A stretch of DNA of 64,000 nucleotides from Bryobacterales bacterium (GTDB lineage: Bacteria; Acidobacteriota; Terriglobia; Bryobacterales; UBA6623), in the NCBI GenBank assembly GCA_028819235.1, contig JAPPMC010000173.1:4165-68164 (forward strand), in the 5' to 3' direction. The notes below the pieces were generated by a model. The model saw nothing but the letters and a program-made list of their open reading frames with translations. It ran no database searches and was not told where the DNA came from. Positions 17,945 to 28,198 of this stretch are shown piece after piece. Numbering within the stretch: position 1 is the first letter of the stretch; every line of letters begins with the position of its first letter. Both the position numbers and the translations under genes were made by a program.

Positions 17945-17978
17945 GTGCTCGGTGGGCTAAAGGAGGAAGTAGTTCTAC

Positions 17979-20900
17979 ATGCCCTTACGATTGACATTCG
18001 CCCTGATCGCGGTCGCTCTCGTCGCAGCCCCACTGCTTGACGCTCAGACCCAGACTCGGCTGACAGGTACCGTGACCGACAACACCGGTTCGGTGATTCC
18101 CGGAGCCAGGATCACAATCCTGAATGTAAACACCGGAGTCTCGCAGCAGAGCGAGACCAACTCGTCCGGCAGCTACAACTTCCCGTTCGTGGCCTCCGGC
18201 CAATACGAGTTGACCTGCGAGTTCGAGGGCTTCAAGACCTTCAGCCAGACCGGCATTGTGCTCGAGACCGGCACGGTCAGAGGGCTAGACATCGAGATGG
18301 AACTGGGAGACGTCACCGAGACGATTGAGGTAGAGGCAGCCGCCCCTCTGCTAGAGACGGAGAACTCAACAGTCGGCCAGTTCATCGAGCGAGACACGGT
18401 CTTCAACATGCCGCTCGCCAGTCGGCGCAGCGCCTCGCTTGTGCGCCTGCTCGGAAATGTCACGTATCGCAACGAGGGTGGTGCCGAGGCCCTCCCGTTC
18501 TTCGCGATGGCCGGGGGGCGGTCTCGCAACCAGATGTGGACGCTGGACGGCACTGTAATCCAGAACATGTCGCTCGGGATCGCCCAGCTCGGCTTGAACC
18601 CGCCCGCAGAGTCGCTGCAGGAGTTCAAGGCCGAGCAGAGTAACTATTCCGCGGAGTTCGGACGGGCTGGCGGTGGCTTCATCGTCATGACGACCCGCTC
18701 CGGCACCAACAACTTCCACGGCGCGGTCTACGAGTTCTTCCGGAACCAGGCGATTGACACGCGGACGTTCTTCGCGCCCGGCAAGGCTCCGCTGCGCTAC
18801 AACATCTTCGGCGCATCGGCCGGCGGTCCTATAGCCAAGAACCGAACCTTCTACTTCCTGAATTACGAGGGGGGCCGTCGGCGGGACGGAGTCACCTACT
18901 CCAGCGACGACGTACCTCACATTCCCGAGGTCGGAGGCGACTTCTCCAACCGCGCCGGGCTGTCGCTGAGGGATCCCCTGTCCGACGGCGAAGTCTTCAC
19001 CAACAATATCATTCCGCAGTCCCGGATCGACCCGCTGGGGCGCCAGTTCGCGAGCTGGTATCCGGCGCCCAACCAACCGGGCGACCTGTCTGCGCAACCG
19101 GCTGACAATTTCGTCAACAATGCCTCGAACGCCCTGACCCAAGACTTCATCACGGCAAAGGTCGACCACAACTTCGGGACCAACGACCGGGTCTACGGTC
19201 GGTTCCAGTGGTCCAGGAATCCCTCGGTTGTGGCGGCCGTCTACCCCAATGAGTTCGCCGACCCGCGCGCCGGCACGCGCGACAACGAGCACACGAACGT
19301 CACCGGCAGTTGGATCCACCACTTCTCCCCGACGCTGATCCAAGATGTCAGGATCAACTGGGGGCGACGCCTTCACATCAACCGATCGGCCGGGCGCTTC
19401 TCTGGCCAGAACGGAGAGCTGGGCGTGCCCGGCGTGAACCCCGAGGCCTCCGCGCGCATTGCAGTGAATGCGCTCACGCCTCTGGGTGCCGGGAATCATG
19501 AGCGCATCCAGACACCGATCGAGACTTGGCAGTTTGTCGACACGTATACCTGGATTCGCGGAAACCACCAAGTCAAGTTCGGAGGCGAGTGGCGCTTTGC
19601 CATGAACGTGGACGACTTCAACCAGTCCACGGGCGGGCGCTTCAACTTCGGGAACCGCGCCACAGGCGAGGGGCTTGCCGAACTGTTGCTGGGCCATGTC
19701 GGGTCCGGCCAGCTGGTTGACGCGGACATCTTGGAGAGCCGCACGGACTACTACGGCTTCTTCGTTCAGGACGACTGGAAGGTGTCTCCCACGCTCACCG
19801 TGAACCTCGGTCTGCGCTGGGAACTCGACACGCCGCGCTGGGAGCGGCAGGACAACCGTCAGAGCGGGTTCGACCCCACGGTCATGAATCCCGTCTGCAA
19901 CTGCCCAGGCGTGGTTACGTTCAGCGGGCGCGACGGTCGCAGCAAGTATTCCCACGACTTCGACGCCAACAATTTCGGCCCGCGGTTCGGCTTCGCCTGG
20001 GAAGTGCAGCCGGGCTTTGTGGTTCGTGGCGGCTACGGGATCAACTACAACGGAATGTACGCTCGGGCTGTCCCGTTCACCCTGTTCAATGGCTTCAGCA
20101 AGAACGGTTCCTTCACTTCGCCGGACGGGGGATTCACGAGGGCCTTCCGGCTGGCCGACGGCATGCCGGAAGTCGTCAAGGAAGAGCTCACGCCGGCTTT
20201 CGGGGCTGTCCCGATTGGGAGTCGGCCGCGCCTTGCGCCGGACTTCTTCCAGCAGAACCAGCACAACGGCATGCATCAGCAGTGGAACTTGGGCATTCAG
20301 CGGCAGCTGCCCGGCAACCTGCTGGCGGAGATCAGCTACATCGGGAATGTCGGGCACAACCTCGGTGGTGCGAACGTCAACATCAACATGATTCCTCTGG
20401 TCAACGGTCTCGGACCGGAGAGGCAGTCACAGGTAGCGCGGCCGTTCCCCCAGTTCAATGCCGTCTGGCATGAGAGTCCGCCTTGGGGCAACTCGGCATA
20501 CCACTCGATGAATCTGAAGGCTGAGAAGCGGTACTCCGGCGGGATGAACTTCCTGATGAACTACACATGGTCCAAGTTCCTCGACGACGTGGAAGCGGCC
20601 ACGGAACTCGGCGGAGAGGTCGGAAACGGCTATACCCACATCGCCCTGCGCCACCTGGACAAGTCGTTGTCTGGCAATGATGTCCGGCATCGGTTCATCA
20701 GCAGCATGGTTTACGAGCTGCCGCTCGGCACGGGGCGAGCGGTGGCCATCCAGAACCCGGTGCTTGACGCCATCGCCGGCGGGTGGGGCGTCGGACTGAT
20801 CGCGGAGTTTCGGAGCGGAGTGCCGTTCGGCGTCATAGAGAACACGAATCGGTCCAACACGTTCGCGCACGCCCAGCGGCCGAACATCCTGGGCCCACTC

Positions 20901-21236
20901 TCCCCGCTATCAGACTGGCGGTCGAATGTGCGCGGGAACAATTATTTTGACCCCGGCCTGTTCGAGGCGCCGGGGCCGGGCAACATCGGCACGGCGCCCC
21001 GCAACGTCTGTTGCGGTCCTGGGTTCAACGGCATCGACCTGTCCGTGCACAAGTGGTACGATGTCACTGAGCGCCATCGGCTCCAGTTTCGAGGCGATTT
21101 CTTTAACTTCTTCAACCGTCCCGTCTTCGCCAATCCGGAATTGCGCCGCGGTCGCGGCAACTTCGCCCGCATAAGCAACATCCTGGTCGGATCGAACGGC
21201 CGTCTCGCACAGATCTCGCTGCGCTTTGTGTTCTGA
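17979..21236 (+). CDS. TonB-dependent receptor with N-terminal carboxypeptidase-regulatory-like domain
   Basis: 1085 aa. Signal peptide; the CarboxypepD_reg signature (LTGTVTDNTGSVIPGARITILN...SGSYNFPFVASGQYEL); plug and long beta-barrel; terminal ...ISLRFVF, an aromatic C-terminus typical of OM barrels. Confidence 0.85.
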   Translation: MPLRLTFALIAVALVAAPLLDAQTQTRLTGTVTDNTGSVIPGARITILNVNTGVSQQSETNSSGSYNFPFVASGQYELTCEFEGFKTFSQTGIVLETGTVRGLDIEMELGDVTETIEVEAAAPLLETENSTVGQFIERDTVFNMPLASRRSASLVRLLGNVTYRNEGGAEALPFFAMAGGRSRNQMWTLDGTVIQNMSLGIAQLGLNPPAESLQEFKAEQSNYSAEFGRAGGGFIVMTTRSGTNNFHGAVYEFFRNQAIDTRTFFAPGKAPLRYNIFGASAGGPIAKNRTFYFLNYEGGRRRDGVTYSSDDVPHIPEVGGDFSNRAGLSLRDPLSDGEVFTNNIIPQSRIDPLGRQFASWYPAPNQPGDLSAQPADNFVNNASNALTQDFITAKVDHNFGTNDRVYGRFQWSRNPSVVAAVYPNEFADPRAGTRDNEHTNVTGSWIHHFSPTLIQDVRINWGRRLHINRSAGRFSGQNGELGVPGVNPEASARIAVNALTPLGAGNHERIQTPIETWQFVDTYTWIRGNHQVKFGGEWRFAMNVDDFNQSTGGRFNFGNRATGEGLAELLLGHVGSGQLVDADILESRTDYYGFFVQDDWKVSPTLTVNLGLRWELDTPRWERQDNRQSGFDPTVMNPVCNCPGVVTFSGRDGRSKYSHDFDANNFGPRFGFAWEVQPGFVVRGGYGINYNGMYARAVPFTLFNGFSKNGSFTSPDGGFTRAFRLADGMPEVVKEELTPAFGAVPIGSRPRLAPDFFQQNQHNGMHQQWNLGIQRQLPGNLLAEISYIGNVGHNLGGANVNINMIPLVNGLGPERQSQVARPFPQFNAVWHESPPWGNSAYHSMNLKAEKRYSGGMNFLMNYTWSKFLDDVEAATELGGEVGNGYTHIALRHLDKSLSGNDVRHRFISSMVYELPLGTGRAVAIQNPVLDAIAGGWGVGLIAEFRSGVPFGVIENTNRSNTFAHAQRPNILGPLSPLSDWRSNVRGNNYFDPGLFEAPGPGNIGTAPRNVCCGPGFNGIDLSVHKWYDVTERHRLQFRGDFFNFFNRPVFANPELRRGRGNFARISNILVGSNGRLAQISLRFVF

Positions 21237-21309
21237 TGCCGGTTCCGTTGGCGGGCGCTTGACGGCTTGGCGGGAATCTCGATCCAAGCCGGTCGGCCGT
21301 CGGGCAATC

Positions 21310-21339
21310 GAACGGGCGCATTCCGGTATGCGCCCGTTC
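21310..21339 (+). terminator. perfect 12-bp stem / 6-nt loop hairpin downstream of the TonB-dependent receptor gene
   Basis: GAACGGGCGCAT-tccggt-ATGCGCCCGTTC lies 74 nt after the stop at 21236. There is no trailing T-tract, so it is only a terminator-like or RNA-stabilising hairpin. Confidence 0.35.
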
Positions 21340-21941
21340 TGCCCGGAGGACAGGAGTGGCCACTCCGGAGACTGAGTGGGCCAATCCGAATGCAGGCCTG
21401 AGGGTCTTGACCCACCTGTGCACGGGAGATGCACGCGGCCCATGCAGCAGGCAGGGCTCCATCTGCAGAACGGTGCGTTCCAAGATCGGTCCGGGGCTCG
21501 GCACCAGGAGCCGAATCTACTGCGAGAAAGAAGAGGGTGGGGCAGCCGGGAGGCAGATTGCGGGCAGCGGAGCGCGGACCCGCCGGCGAGGGTCGGCGCC
21601 GCGGATTCATGGGACGCATGAGGCAATTCGAGGCCCACGCAGTCTGAAAAGAAGGGTCCCCCTGACGCCCAATAATTCCGCCGCGCACCAGTGGGAGCCT
21701 CCCGACAGGCGATGACCCGGCGCAGCTGGACTGTCCGAGCCGTAACATTCTGCCGGCCCACTCGCGAGTTCGTCCGATTGGCATGAGCACTTGTGCTGCT
21801 ATGCAGCGGCTGCTGCCACGGCTGTGGACTGGTCGGTCTGGCCCACGCGCTCCCAAGGCACGTTCTTCAACCGCCAAGGGAGAAGAGCCGCAACAAAGTC
21901 CGTCGGGTGAGTCCTACCCTCGTTCATATAATTGAGACCGG

Positions 21942-23120
21942 ATGGGCGCAGCCGTGAGGCGCTGCTACTTCGACCACAACTCGACGACGCCTGTGGACAC
22001 ACGGGTGCTGGACGCGATGCTCCCGCACTTTGGCGAGGTGTTCGGCAACGCGTCAAGCCTGCACGCGTTCGGCCAGAAGGCAAGGTTGGGAGTCGAGACC
22101 GCCCGCAGGCAGGTTGCCGCCCAGCTCGATTGCCAAGCCCGGGACGTGGTGTTCACCAGCGGGGGCACAGAGGCCGACAACCTAGCAGTGTTCGGCACGG
22201 TGCGCGCCTCCGCACAGCCCACCCGCCACGTAATAACGAGCCAGATCGAGCATCCAGCCGTACTGAACGCCTGCCAGCAACTGGAGACGGAAGGTGTGGA
22301 TGTCACCTACCTGTCCGCTGGGATGAACGGGCTCGTGTCGCCGTCGGAGGTTCGCTCGGCGTTGAGACCCGACACGGTCCTAATCACCGTGATGCATGCG
22401 AATAACGAGCTCGGCACGCTGCAGCCCATCGCGGAGATCGGCGGCATCGCAAAGGCTGCCGGTGTGCCGCTGCACACCGACGGTGTCCAGAGCTTCGGCA
22501 AGGTTCCATCCAGCGTGGATGAGCTGGGCGTGGACATGTTCAGTCTGAGCGCCCACAAGATCCACGGCCCGAAGGGGGTTGGAGCCCTCTATGTGCGCCG
22601 CGGGCACCAACTCTGCAAAGTGCAGTACGGGGGAAGCCATGAGCGCGATCGTCGGCCGGGTACGGAGAACGTCCCGGGCATCGTCGGCCTTGGGGTGGCC
22701 GCCAAGCTGGCCGGACGTGATCGGGCGGCCGAGGCCGAGCGTGTGGCGTCGATTCGAGACCGCCTCGAGCGCCGCGTCCTGGACCGGATTCCTGCGGCTT
22801 ACGTCCACGGGGCCGGGTCCCCGCGGCTTCCCACGACTTCTAGCATCCACTTCGAGCACGTCGAAGCGGAGCCCATGCTGATCGCGCTGGATCTGGAAGG
22901 ATTCGCCGTGTCCAGCGGCGCGGCCTGTTCCAGCGGGACTGTCGAGCCTTCGCACGTGTTGCTGGCCATCGGGTTGAGCCGCCGGCAGGCCAAGTCAACC
23001 CTGCGCTTCTCGCTTGGGAGGCGGACCGATGCCGCCGAAGTTGATGCGCTTGTGGATGCGCTGGAAGCGATCGTGGACAGGCTGCGGACTCTGTCCCCGG
23101 CGTGGGCAGCCGCCTCCTGA
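21942..23120 (+). CDS. cysteine desulfurase (NifS/IscS family, PLP-dependent)
   Basis: YFDHNSTTP, NASSLHAFG, TSGGTEADN, SLSAHKIHGPKG (PLP-Lys) and SSGAACSSG (active-site Cys loop). Confidence 0.9.
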   Translation: MGAAVRRCYFDHNSTTPVDTRVLDAMLPHFGEVFGNASSLHAFGQKARLGVETARRQVAAQLDCQARDVVFTSGGTEADNLAVFGTVRASAQPTRHVITSQIEHPAVLNACQQLETEGVDVTYLSAGMNGLVSPSEVRSALRPDTVLITVMHANNELGTLQPIAEIGGIAKAAGVPLHTDGVQSFGKVPSSVDELGVDMFSLSAHKIHGPKGVGALYVRRGHQLCKVQYGGSHERDRRPGTENVPGIVGLGVAAKLAGRDRAAEAERVASIRDRLERRVLDRIPAAYVHGAGSPRLPTTSSIHFEHVEAEPMLIALDLEGFAVSSGAACSSGTVEPSHVLLAIGLSRRQAKSTLRFSLGRRTDAAEVDALVDALEAIVDRLRTLSPAWAAAS

Positions 23121-23161
23121 TCTCGGCGGGGTTGTCCAGCGGAAGCCGTGCGCAACCGGGC

Positions 23162-23923
23162 TCAGTCCATCAGCATGCCGCCGTTGACCTCGATCGATTC
23201 CCCGACCACGTGGGACGCAGCGTCGCTCGCCAAGAACGCGATTACGGTGGCCACCTCTTGTGCCTGTCCCGCCCGACCCTGTGGGATCTGGCTGACCATG
23301 TCCCGCATTCGCTCCTCGCTGGAGAATCGTTCATGGAACGGCGTCAGGATCACGCCGGGATTGACGGCGTTTACCCGGATCCCATCGCCGATGAGCTCCT
23401 TGGCCAGCCCCTTGGTCAGGGCCGTGACGGCCGCCTTGGCCGTTGCGTAGAGCACTGCTCCCGGGCCGCCGCCGTTGTGGCCCGCTATCGAGCCCAAGTT
23501 CACCACCGAGCCGGAGCCGCGACGCCGCATGTCAGCGACCGCGCCCTGCGTGACCCAAAGGACGCTGGCGAGGTTGAGATCCATCACTTGGGCCCAGAAC
23601 CTATCGTCGATTTGCTCCAGCCGACGCCGCCCGACCAGCGAGCCGGCATTGTTTACGAGCACATCGATGCGACCGAGGCGTTCCACCACGTCCGCGACAA
23701 GCTGGCGGCATTCGCTGGCGCGTGACAGATCTGCCCGAAACATGTCTGCCCGACCGCCCTTCGTTCGGATGGCGCCGGCCACCTGTTCCGCTTCCTGCTT
23801 GCTGCTGTTGTAGTGCACGGCCACCGAGAGGCCACGCTGGCCAAGCTCCACGGCTGTTGCCGCGCCGATGCCCAGGGACGCGCCCGTGATGAGCGCGACA
23901 CGCCGATCCGAAGGCCGATCCAT
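23162..23923 (-). CDS. SDR-family oxidoreductase (FabG-like)
   Basis: TGASLGIGAA (TGxxxGIG), NNAG, and a YATAKAA (YxxxK) catalytic motif; 253 aa. Confidence 0.85.
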   Translation of the reverse strand: MDRPSDRRVALITGASLGIGAATAVELGQRGLSVAVHYNSSKQEAEQVAGAIRTKGGRADMFRADLSRASECRQLVADVVERLGRIDVLVNNAGSLVGRRRLEQIDDRFWAQVMDLNLASVLWVTQGAVADMRRRGSGSVVNLGSIAGHNGGGPGAVLYATAKAAVTALTKGLAKELIGDGIRVNAVNPGVILTPFHERFSSEERMRDMVSQIPQGRAGQAQEVATVIAFLASDAASHVVGESIEVNGGMLMD

Positions 23924-24003
23924 AATGACCCAGTGTATTCTCCATGCCGAAGCCAGTCTGCTTGGGGTAGTCTGGTCCCATACGTCGTCGACGCGGAGCC
24001 ATC

Positions 24004-24942
24004 ATGCGAACTTACCTATCCCGGCTGCTTTCCTTGTCCCTGCTCGTGATGGCTTGTGCCGCGGATGAGTCCCCGCCTCCCACGGCCGATCTCAAGAGGC
24101 TCGCCTTCGCCGAGCAGTCCGCCGCCGCCAAGGAACTGTTCGAGGCCAATCGCCCTCAGGCCGATCCGCTGAGCGAGAGCTGGTTGGAGGCGATGTCTTG
24201 GGTCGGGCGGGCCGGTGCCATCGCCGGTGACTGGGACATGGCGGCCGAATATGCCCAGAGCACTCTCGAGCAGGCTGAGCGGCGCCTCGCCGAGGCCCCG
24301 CTGGGGCCTGATCCCCAGGGTTCGCTGGCAATCGCCACCGGCGCAGCCATCGAGACGCTCGGGAAATTCTACGTCGCGATGAACGATCGCGGCCAGGCCG
24401 TGACCTATCTCCGCGACAAGGCTAGGCAGTACGGGGGCTCGGCGATCGAGACGAGACTGAACAAGAATCTGCTGGCCTTGGACTTGGCAGGAACGCCGAT
24501 GCCCGCCCTGAAGGCCGACCAGTGGCTGGGTGAGCGGCGCTTTGAGCCGGAGGACTTGGACGGGAATGTCACGCTGTTCTTCTTCTGGGCCCACTGGTGC
24601 GGGGACTGCGCCGATCAAGAGCCGGTCCTCTCGGCCCTGTCCGAGCGCTATGCGGACCGTGGCCTGAGAATCGTAGCGCCCACGCAACTGTACGGATACC
24701 TCAAGCGGGGCAGCCCTATGGAATCGGGAGCCGAGCTGGAGCACATCACCGAAGTGCGGATGTCTCACGGAGACCTGCTCGACAGCCTGCCCGTGCCCCT
24801 GAGCGGCGAGAACTTCGTGAGCTTCGGCGTGAGCACGACGCCGACGCTGGTGCTCGTGGACCGCGAGGGGGTCGTCCGGCTCTACAATCCGGGATTCATG
24901 CCCGAGGCCGAACTCGCGGATCGGATCGAAGCCCTGCTGTGA
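24004..24942 (+). CDS. TlpA-family thiol-disulfide oxidoreductase with N-terminal helical extension; lipoprotein-like signal
   Basis: The signal ends in LVMAC. The C-terminal thioredoxin fold carries FFFWAHWCGDCADQEP (WCxxC) and ...STTPTLVLVDREGVV. Confidence 0.75.
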   Translation: MRTYLSRLLSLSLLVMACAADESPPPTADLKRLAFAEQSAAAKELFEANRPQADPLSESWLEAMSWVGRAGAIAGDWDMAAEYAQSTLEQAERRLAEAPLGPDPQGSLAIATGAAIETLGKFYVAMNDRGQAVTYLRDKARQYGGSAIETRLNKNLLALDLAGTPMPALKADQWLGERRFEPEDLDGNVTLFFFWAHWCGDCADQEPVLSALSERYADRGLRIVAPTQLYGYLKRGSPMESGAELEHITEVRMSHGDLLDSLPVPLSGENFVSFGVSTTPTLVLVDREGVVRLYNPGFMPEAELADRIEALL

Positions 24943-24956
24943 GGGCTTGCCCGCGG

Positions 24957-25901
24957 TCAGGGCTCCACGGTGTGCAGCAGCGGTTCGCCCCGCAGGCCCC
25001 GGTGGAGGTTCTCGATTGAGACTTCCGCCATCCGGCGGCGCGTCTCGATCGTTGCGCTGCCCAGATGGGGCAGTATGGTCACGTTCGGCAGGTCCAGCAG
25101 GGGATGGTCCCGCGGCAGCGGCTCCGGATCGGTGACGTCCAGCCCGGCACTTGCGATCACACCGTCGCGGAGTGCCTCGTAGAGGGCTTGGGTGTCGACG
25201 ACGGGCCCGCGCGCAATATTGATCAGTATCGCCGTCGGCTTCATGATCCGGAGTTGCTCGGCACTGATCAGGTGGTGGGTCTCCTCGGTCAGCGGGCACG
25301 TCAGCATCACGTAGTCGGCCCGCCGCAGCAGGTCCTCGAGCGACGAGTACTGAACACCTAGCTCCGCCTCCTCCGCCGGCCGCCGCCGACGGTTGCGGTA
25401 CAGCACCCGCATGTCGAAGCCGATGGCCCTGCGGGCAACCTGCCGCCCGATGTTCCCGAGTCCAATGATGCCCAGCGTGGTCGAGTGCGCTTCGCGGCCA
25501 AGCATGAAGCCCGGGTCGTAGTGCACGAACTCCGGCGAGCGGGCGTAGCGGTCGCCCTCGACGATCCTGCGTGCAGCGGCGAGCAGCAGCGCGAATCCTG
25601 CGTCCGCGGTGGCTCCGTCCAGAATGCCCGGCGTATTGCCCACCGGAATCCCCCTTGCCGCGGCGTCCGGCACGTTGATGTGGTCCACGCCGACTCCGTA
25701 GTTGCTGATAACCCGCACCCCTTGCACCTTGTCCATCAACTCGCCGTCCAAGAGGGGGTGCCCGTATGTGTAGAAGCCGTCGACAGGCTCCGCCAAGCCC
25801 TCCTGCGCAGAGGACCATGGCAGGAAGTCGATCGAGGGGCCGGCCAGACCCAGCACGGTCGAGTCCAGCGGGAGGTCGGCGATGACGCGGAATTCCGCCA
25901 A
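24957..25901 (-). CDS. D-2-hydroxyacid dehydrogenase / glyoxylate-hydroxypyruvate reductase
   Basis: LGIIGLGNIGRQVARR (NAD-binding GxGxxG), INIARGPVVD and ...LPHLGSAT (catalytic His region). Confidence 0.85.
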   Translation of the reverse strand: MAEFRVIADLPLDSTVLGLAGPSIDFLPWSSAQEGLAEPVDGFYTYGHPLLDGELMDKVQGVRVISNYGVGVDHINVPDAAARGIPVGNTPGILDGATADAGFALLLAAARRIVEGDRYARSPEFVHYDPGFMLGREAHSTTLGIIGLGNIGRQVARRAIGFDMRVLYRNRRRRPAEEAELGVQYSSLEDLLRRADYVMLTCPLTEETHHLISAEQLRIMKPTAILINIARGPVVDTQALYEALRDGVIASAGLDVTDPEPLPRDHPLLDLPNVTILPHLGSATIETRRRMAEVSIENLHRGLRGEPLLHTVEP

Positions 25902-25922
25902 GGCGCTATTGTACGGGCCGGA

Positions 25923-27047
25923 TCAGGCGTGCGCCCACCGCGTTATGCCGTTGCTCTCCAATCGAGCCACGCGACCGTGGCCTGCCATGTAGTGCAGGTG
26001 GGACAGGGACTCGGACATCGCGAACCGCCGGTCCAGTAGAGTGCGGTCCTCACCCCAGACGCGGCCCGCGATCTCGTAGGCATGGATCGGCTCGGCCCCG
26101 AGCACGGCCTCGATGGAGTCGCAGCGCTTGCGGTGGTGCCGCCGCGTGCCAACGATCCACTCCCGATGCCCCCGGAATGGCCGACCGTGGGAGGGGACGA
26201 CCCTGTCGACGTCGAGTGCCGAGAGTCGGTCTAGGGTTCCGAAGTAGTCCCCGAGGGGGTCTCCCTGATAGAACCATTGCACGCCGATGTTTGGCGTGAT
26301 CTTGGGCAGGATGGCGTCCGTAGAGAAGAGAACGCGCGCTTCCGGCCACACGAAGCACAACTGGGCCGGCGAATGGCCCGGGGCCGCCACCGCGGTCAGC
26401 GTTCCGCCGTCAAAGTCGATCCTTTCGCCGACGGCAAGCCCGCCGTCGACGTCGAGACGTTCGTGCCCAGTGGCGCCCGCCGCAGCTCTGGCGCGCATGG
26501 TCGCAACGTCGGAGGGCGGGACGCCGTGCCTGCCGAGGAACTCTGTCGCCTCGGCGAAGAACTCTCGGCCCGGACCCAAGGGCCGCACCAGCTCCGCCTC
26601 TTCCATGGGCATGCGCACCGGCGCACCGCTGCGCCTTCGGATCTCCGCAGCCGCCCCGAAGTGGTCAGGGTGCAAGTGGCTGACCAAGACTTCCGCGATC
26701 GAGTCCCAGCCGACATTGAGGCAGGTCAGCGCGCTCTCGAGCGATTCCAGGGACTCTTCGGACCGCAGACCTGTGTCCAGCAGGAGATAGTCCCCGCCAC
26801 GGCGGAACAGGAACACGTTCACGCTGACCAGCTGCCAAGGCAGTGGCAGCCGGATCTGCCACGCACCTTCCCCCACGGGCCAGTACTTGGCAGTGGGCCT
26901 TGGAAATGCCAATGCGGGCGGCGGCTCCGCGGCCATCCCACGGAAGGCCCATTCTAGCAGCGGCTCGTGCTGGTACTCTGAGGCATAGGCGCTGCCGGAT
27001 GGTATCGGTGCTGAAGCTTGCCCTTCTTTGCTGCCTTGCGGTGACAC
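25923..27047 (-). CDS. MBL-fold metallo-hydrolase
   Basis: VSHLHPDHFGAA (HxHxDH); downstream metal-ligand His/Asp (APGHSP, ...STDA..., VPSHG). The start is uncertain: the ATG at 26936 would remove the overlap with the divergent gene. Confidence 0.8.
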   Translation of the reverse strand: MSPQGSKEGQASAPIPSGSAYASEYQHEPLLEWAFRGMAAEPPPALAFPRPTAKYWPVGEGAWQIRLPLPWQLVSVNVFLFRRGGDYLLLDTGLRSEESLESLESALTCLNVGWDSIAEVLVSHLHPDHFGAAAEIRRRSGAPVRMPMEEAELVRPLGPGREFFAEATEFLGRHGVPPSDVATMRARAAAGATGHERLDVDGGLAVGERIDFDGGTLTAVAAPGHSPAQLCFVWPEARVLFSTDAILPKITPNIGVQWFYQGDPLGDYFGTLDRLSALDVDRVVPSHGRPFRGHREWIVGTRRHHRKRCDSIEAVLGAEPIHAYEIAGRVWGEDRTLLDRRFAMSESLSHLHYMAGHGRVARLESNGITRWAHA

Positions 27048-28114
27048 CGGTTGCGCAGGGCCTTACCGACAGCCCCACAATTCGTTGCTCGGCGAAGTCG
27101 TTAGGGCCGTATCTCGACTTCGAATTCCGCTTTGTCGCCGGCCATTGGTTCACGATGCCGGTGCGTCAGTTCTGGGAGCAGTCGGTGCAGGTCCGGATCA
27201 CCTTGGACGTGGAGCCGATCGACGGAACACCTGGAGAGCCGAAGCGGGTCGTGCAGCATCTCGGATCCGAGAGGGTAGTCCCTAAAGGGATCAAAGGAGA
27301 GTTCAGCTTTCCGCGTGCCGTCACCATAGGTCTTGGAAAGTACCGAAGCTCTTGGACGATCCAGGACATCACCGGGAGGAAGTGCTCGGGCAGCCGCACG
27401 TTCACCGCAAAGCTGCCCAATCGCGCGCGCGGCGTCGAGGTCTCGCTCGGACCAGGCGAGATCGTCGACACGAACATGTACATCTTCCGGTCGGAGAAGA
27501 GTGTCCCAAGGCCCCACCTCGCGCAGGCGAGGCGGCTCAAGGTCTTCCTAAGCTTGGACGTCTTGGGCCGGCGGGGACGGGTCGTGCGGCCAAGGATGTT
27601 CCACTTGATGCCGCAGGTGGCAGCTCTCCGCCAGCTATCCCGCAGCCCCAGCTTCAGCGAGTTCTCGCTCGTCGCGTTCAGCTTCGAAGATCAGCGCATA
27701 CTAGCCCGGCAGGAGTACGGTTCAACATTCGACTTCAGGCCGCTCAGCAGGATCACGCAGCAGTTGCGCCCCGAGCAGGTGGATTTCCGGGACCTCATGA
27801 AGGGCAGCGAGATGAGGTTCTTCGAGAGGCTGGTCGAGCAGGAGATCGAAGGCCCCGATCCTCCCCACGGGGTCGTGTTCCTCGGGCAGGACATGCACTT
27901 CGGGAAGCGGCTGCCCCGCAGCGTTCTCGACCGCCTGCGGCACATCGGGGCGACCGTCGCCTTCTTTGACGCGTCTCGCTATGCCTGGGCCGGCCTGATG
28001 GGAAGCTTGGTGCGTGCGTTGGGCGGCAAGGAGTATCGGATGCAGGCTCCCTCCGACTTGGCCAGGGCGATCTCCTCGTTCGAGTCGCAGGCCCGTGCCT
28101 CCATCCCTCAGTAG
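26999..28114 (+). CDS. secreted hypothetical protein (C-terminal half loosely VWA-like)
   Basis: The ATG at 26999 gives a signal peptide (MVSVLKLALLCCLAVTPVAQG). Coherent composition over 371 aa. I see no diagnostic motif; the VWA-like impression is weak. Confidence 0.5.
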   Translation: MVSVLKLALLCCLAVTPVAQGLTDSPTIRCSAKSLGPYLDFEFRFVAGHWFTMPVRQFWEQSVQVRITLDVEPIDGTPGEPKRVVQHLGSERVVPKGIKGEFSFPRAVTIGLGKYRSSWTIQDITGRKCSGSRTFTAKLPNRARGVEVSLGPGEIVDTNMYIFRSEKSVPRPHLAQARRLKVFLSLDVLGRRGRVVRPRMFHLMPQVAALRQLSRSPSFSEFSLVAFSFEDQRILARQEYGSTFDFRPLSRITQQLRPEQVDFRDLMKGSEMRFFERLVEQEIEGPDPPHGVVFLGQDMHFGKRLPRSVLDRLRHIGATVAFFDASRYAWAGLMGSLVRALGGKEYRMQAPSDLARAISSFESQARASIPQ

Positions 28115-28198
28115 GGCACAGGTGCGCTTCATTCCGGAAGAAGGTGGCGCCCCGTCATCGCTCGCGCGATCCTGTGCGAGGCTTCCGGAGTGAGCTAG

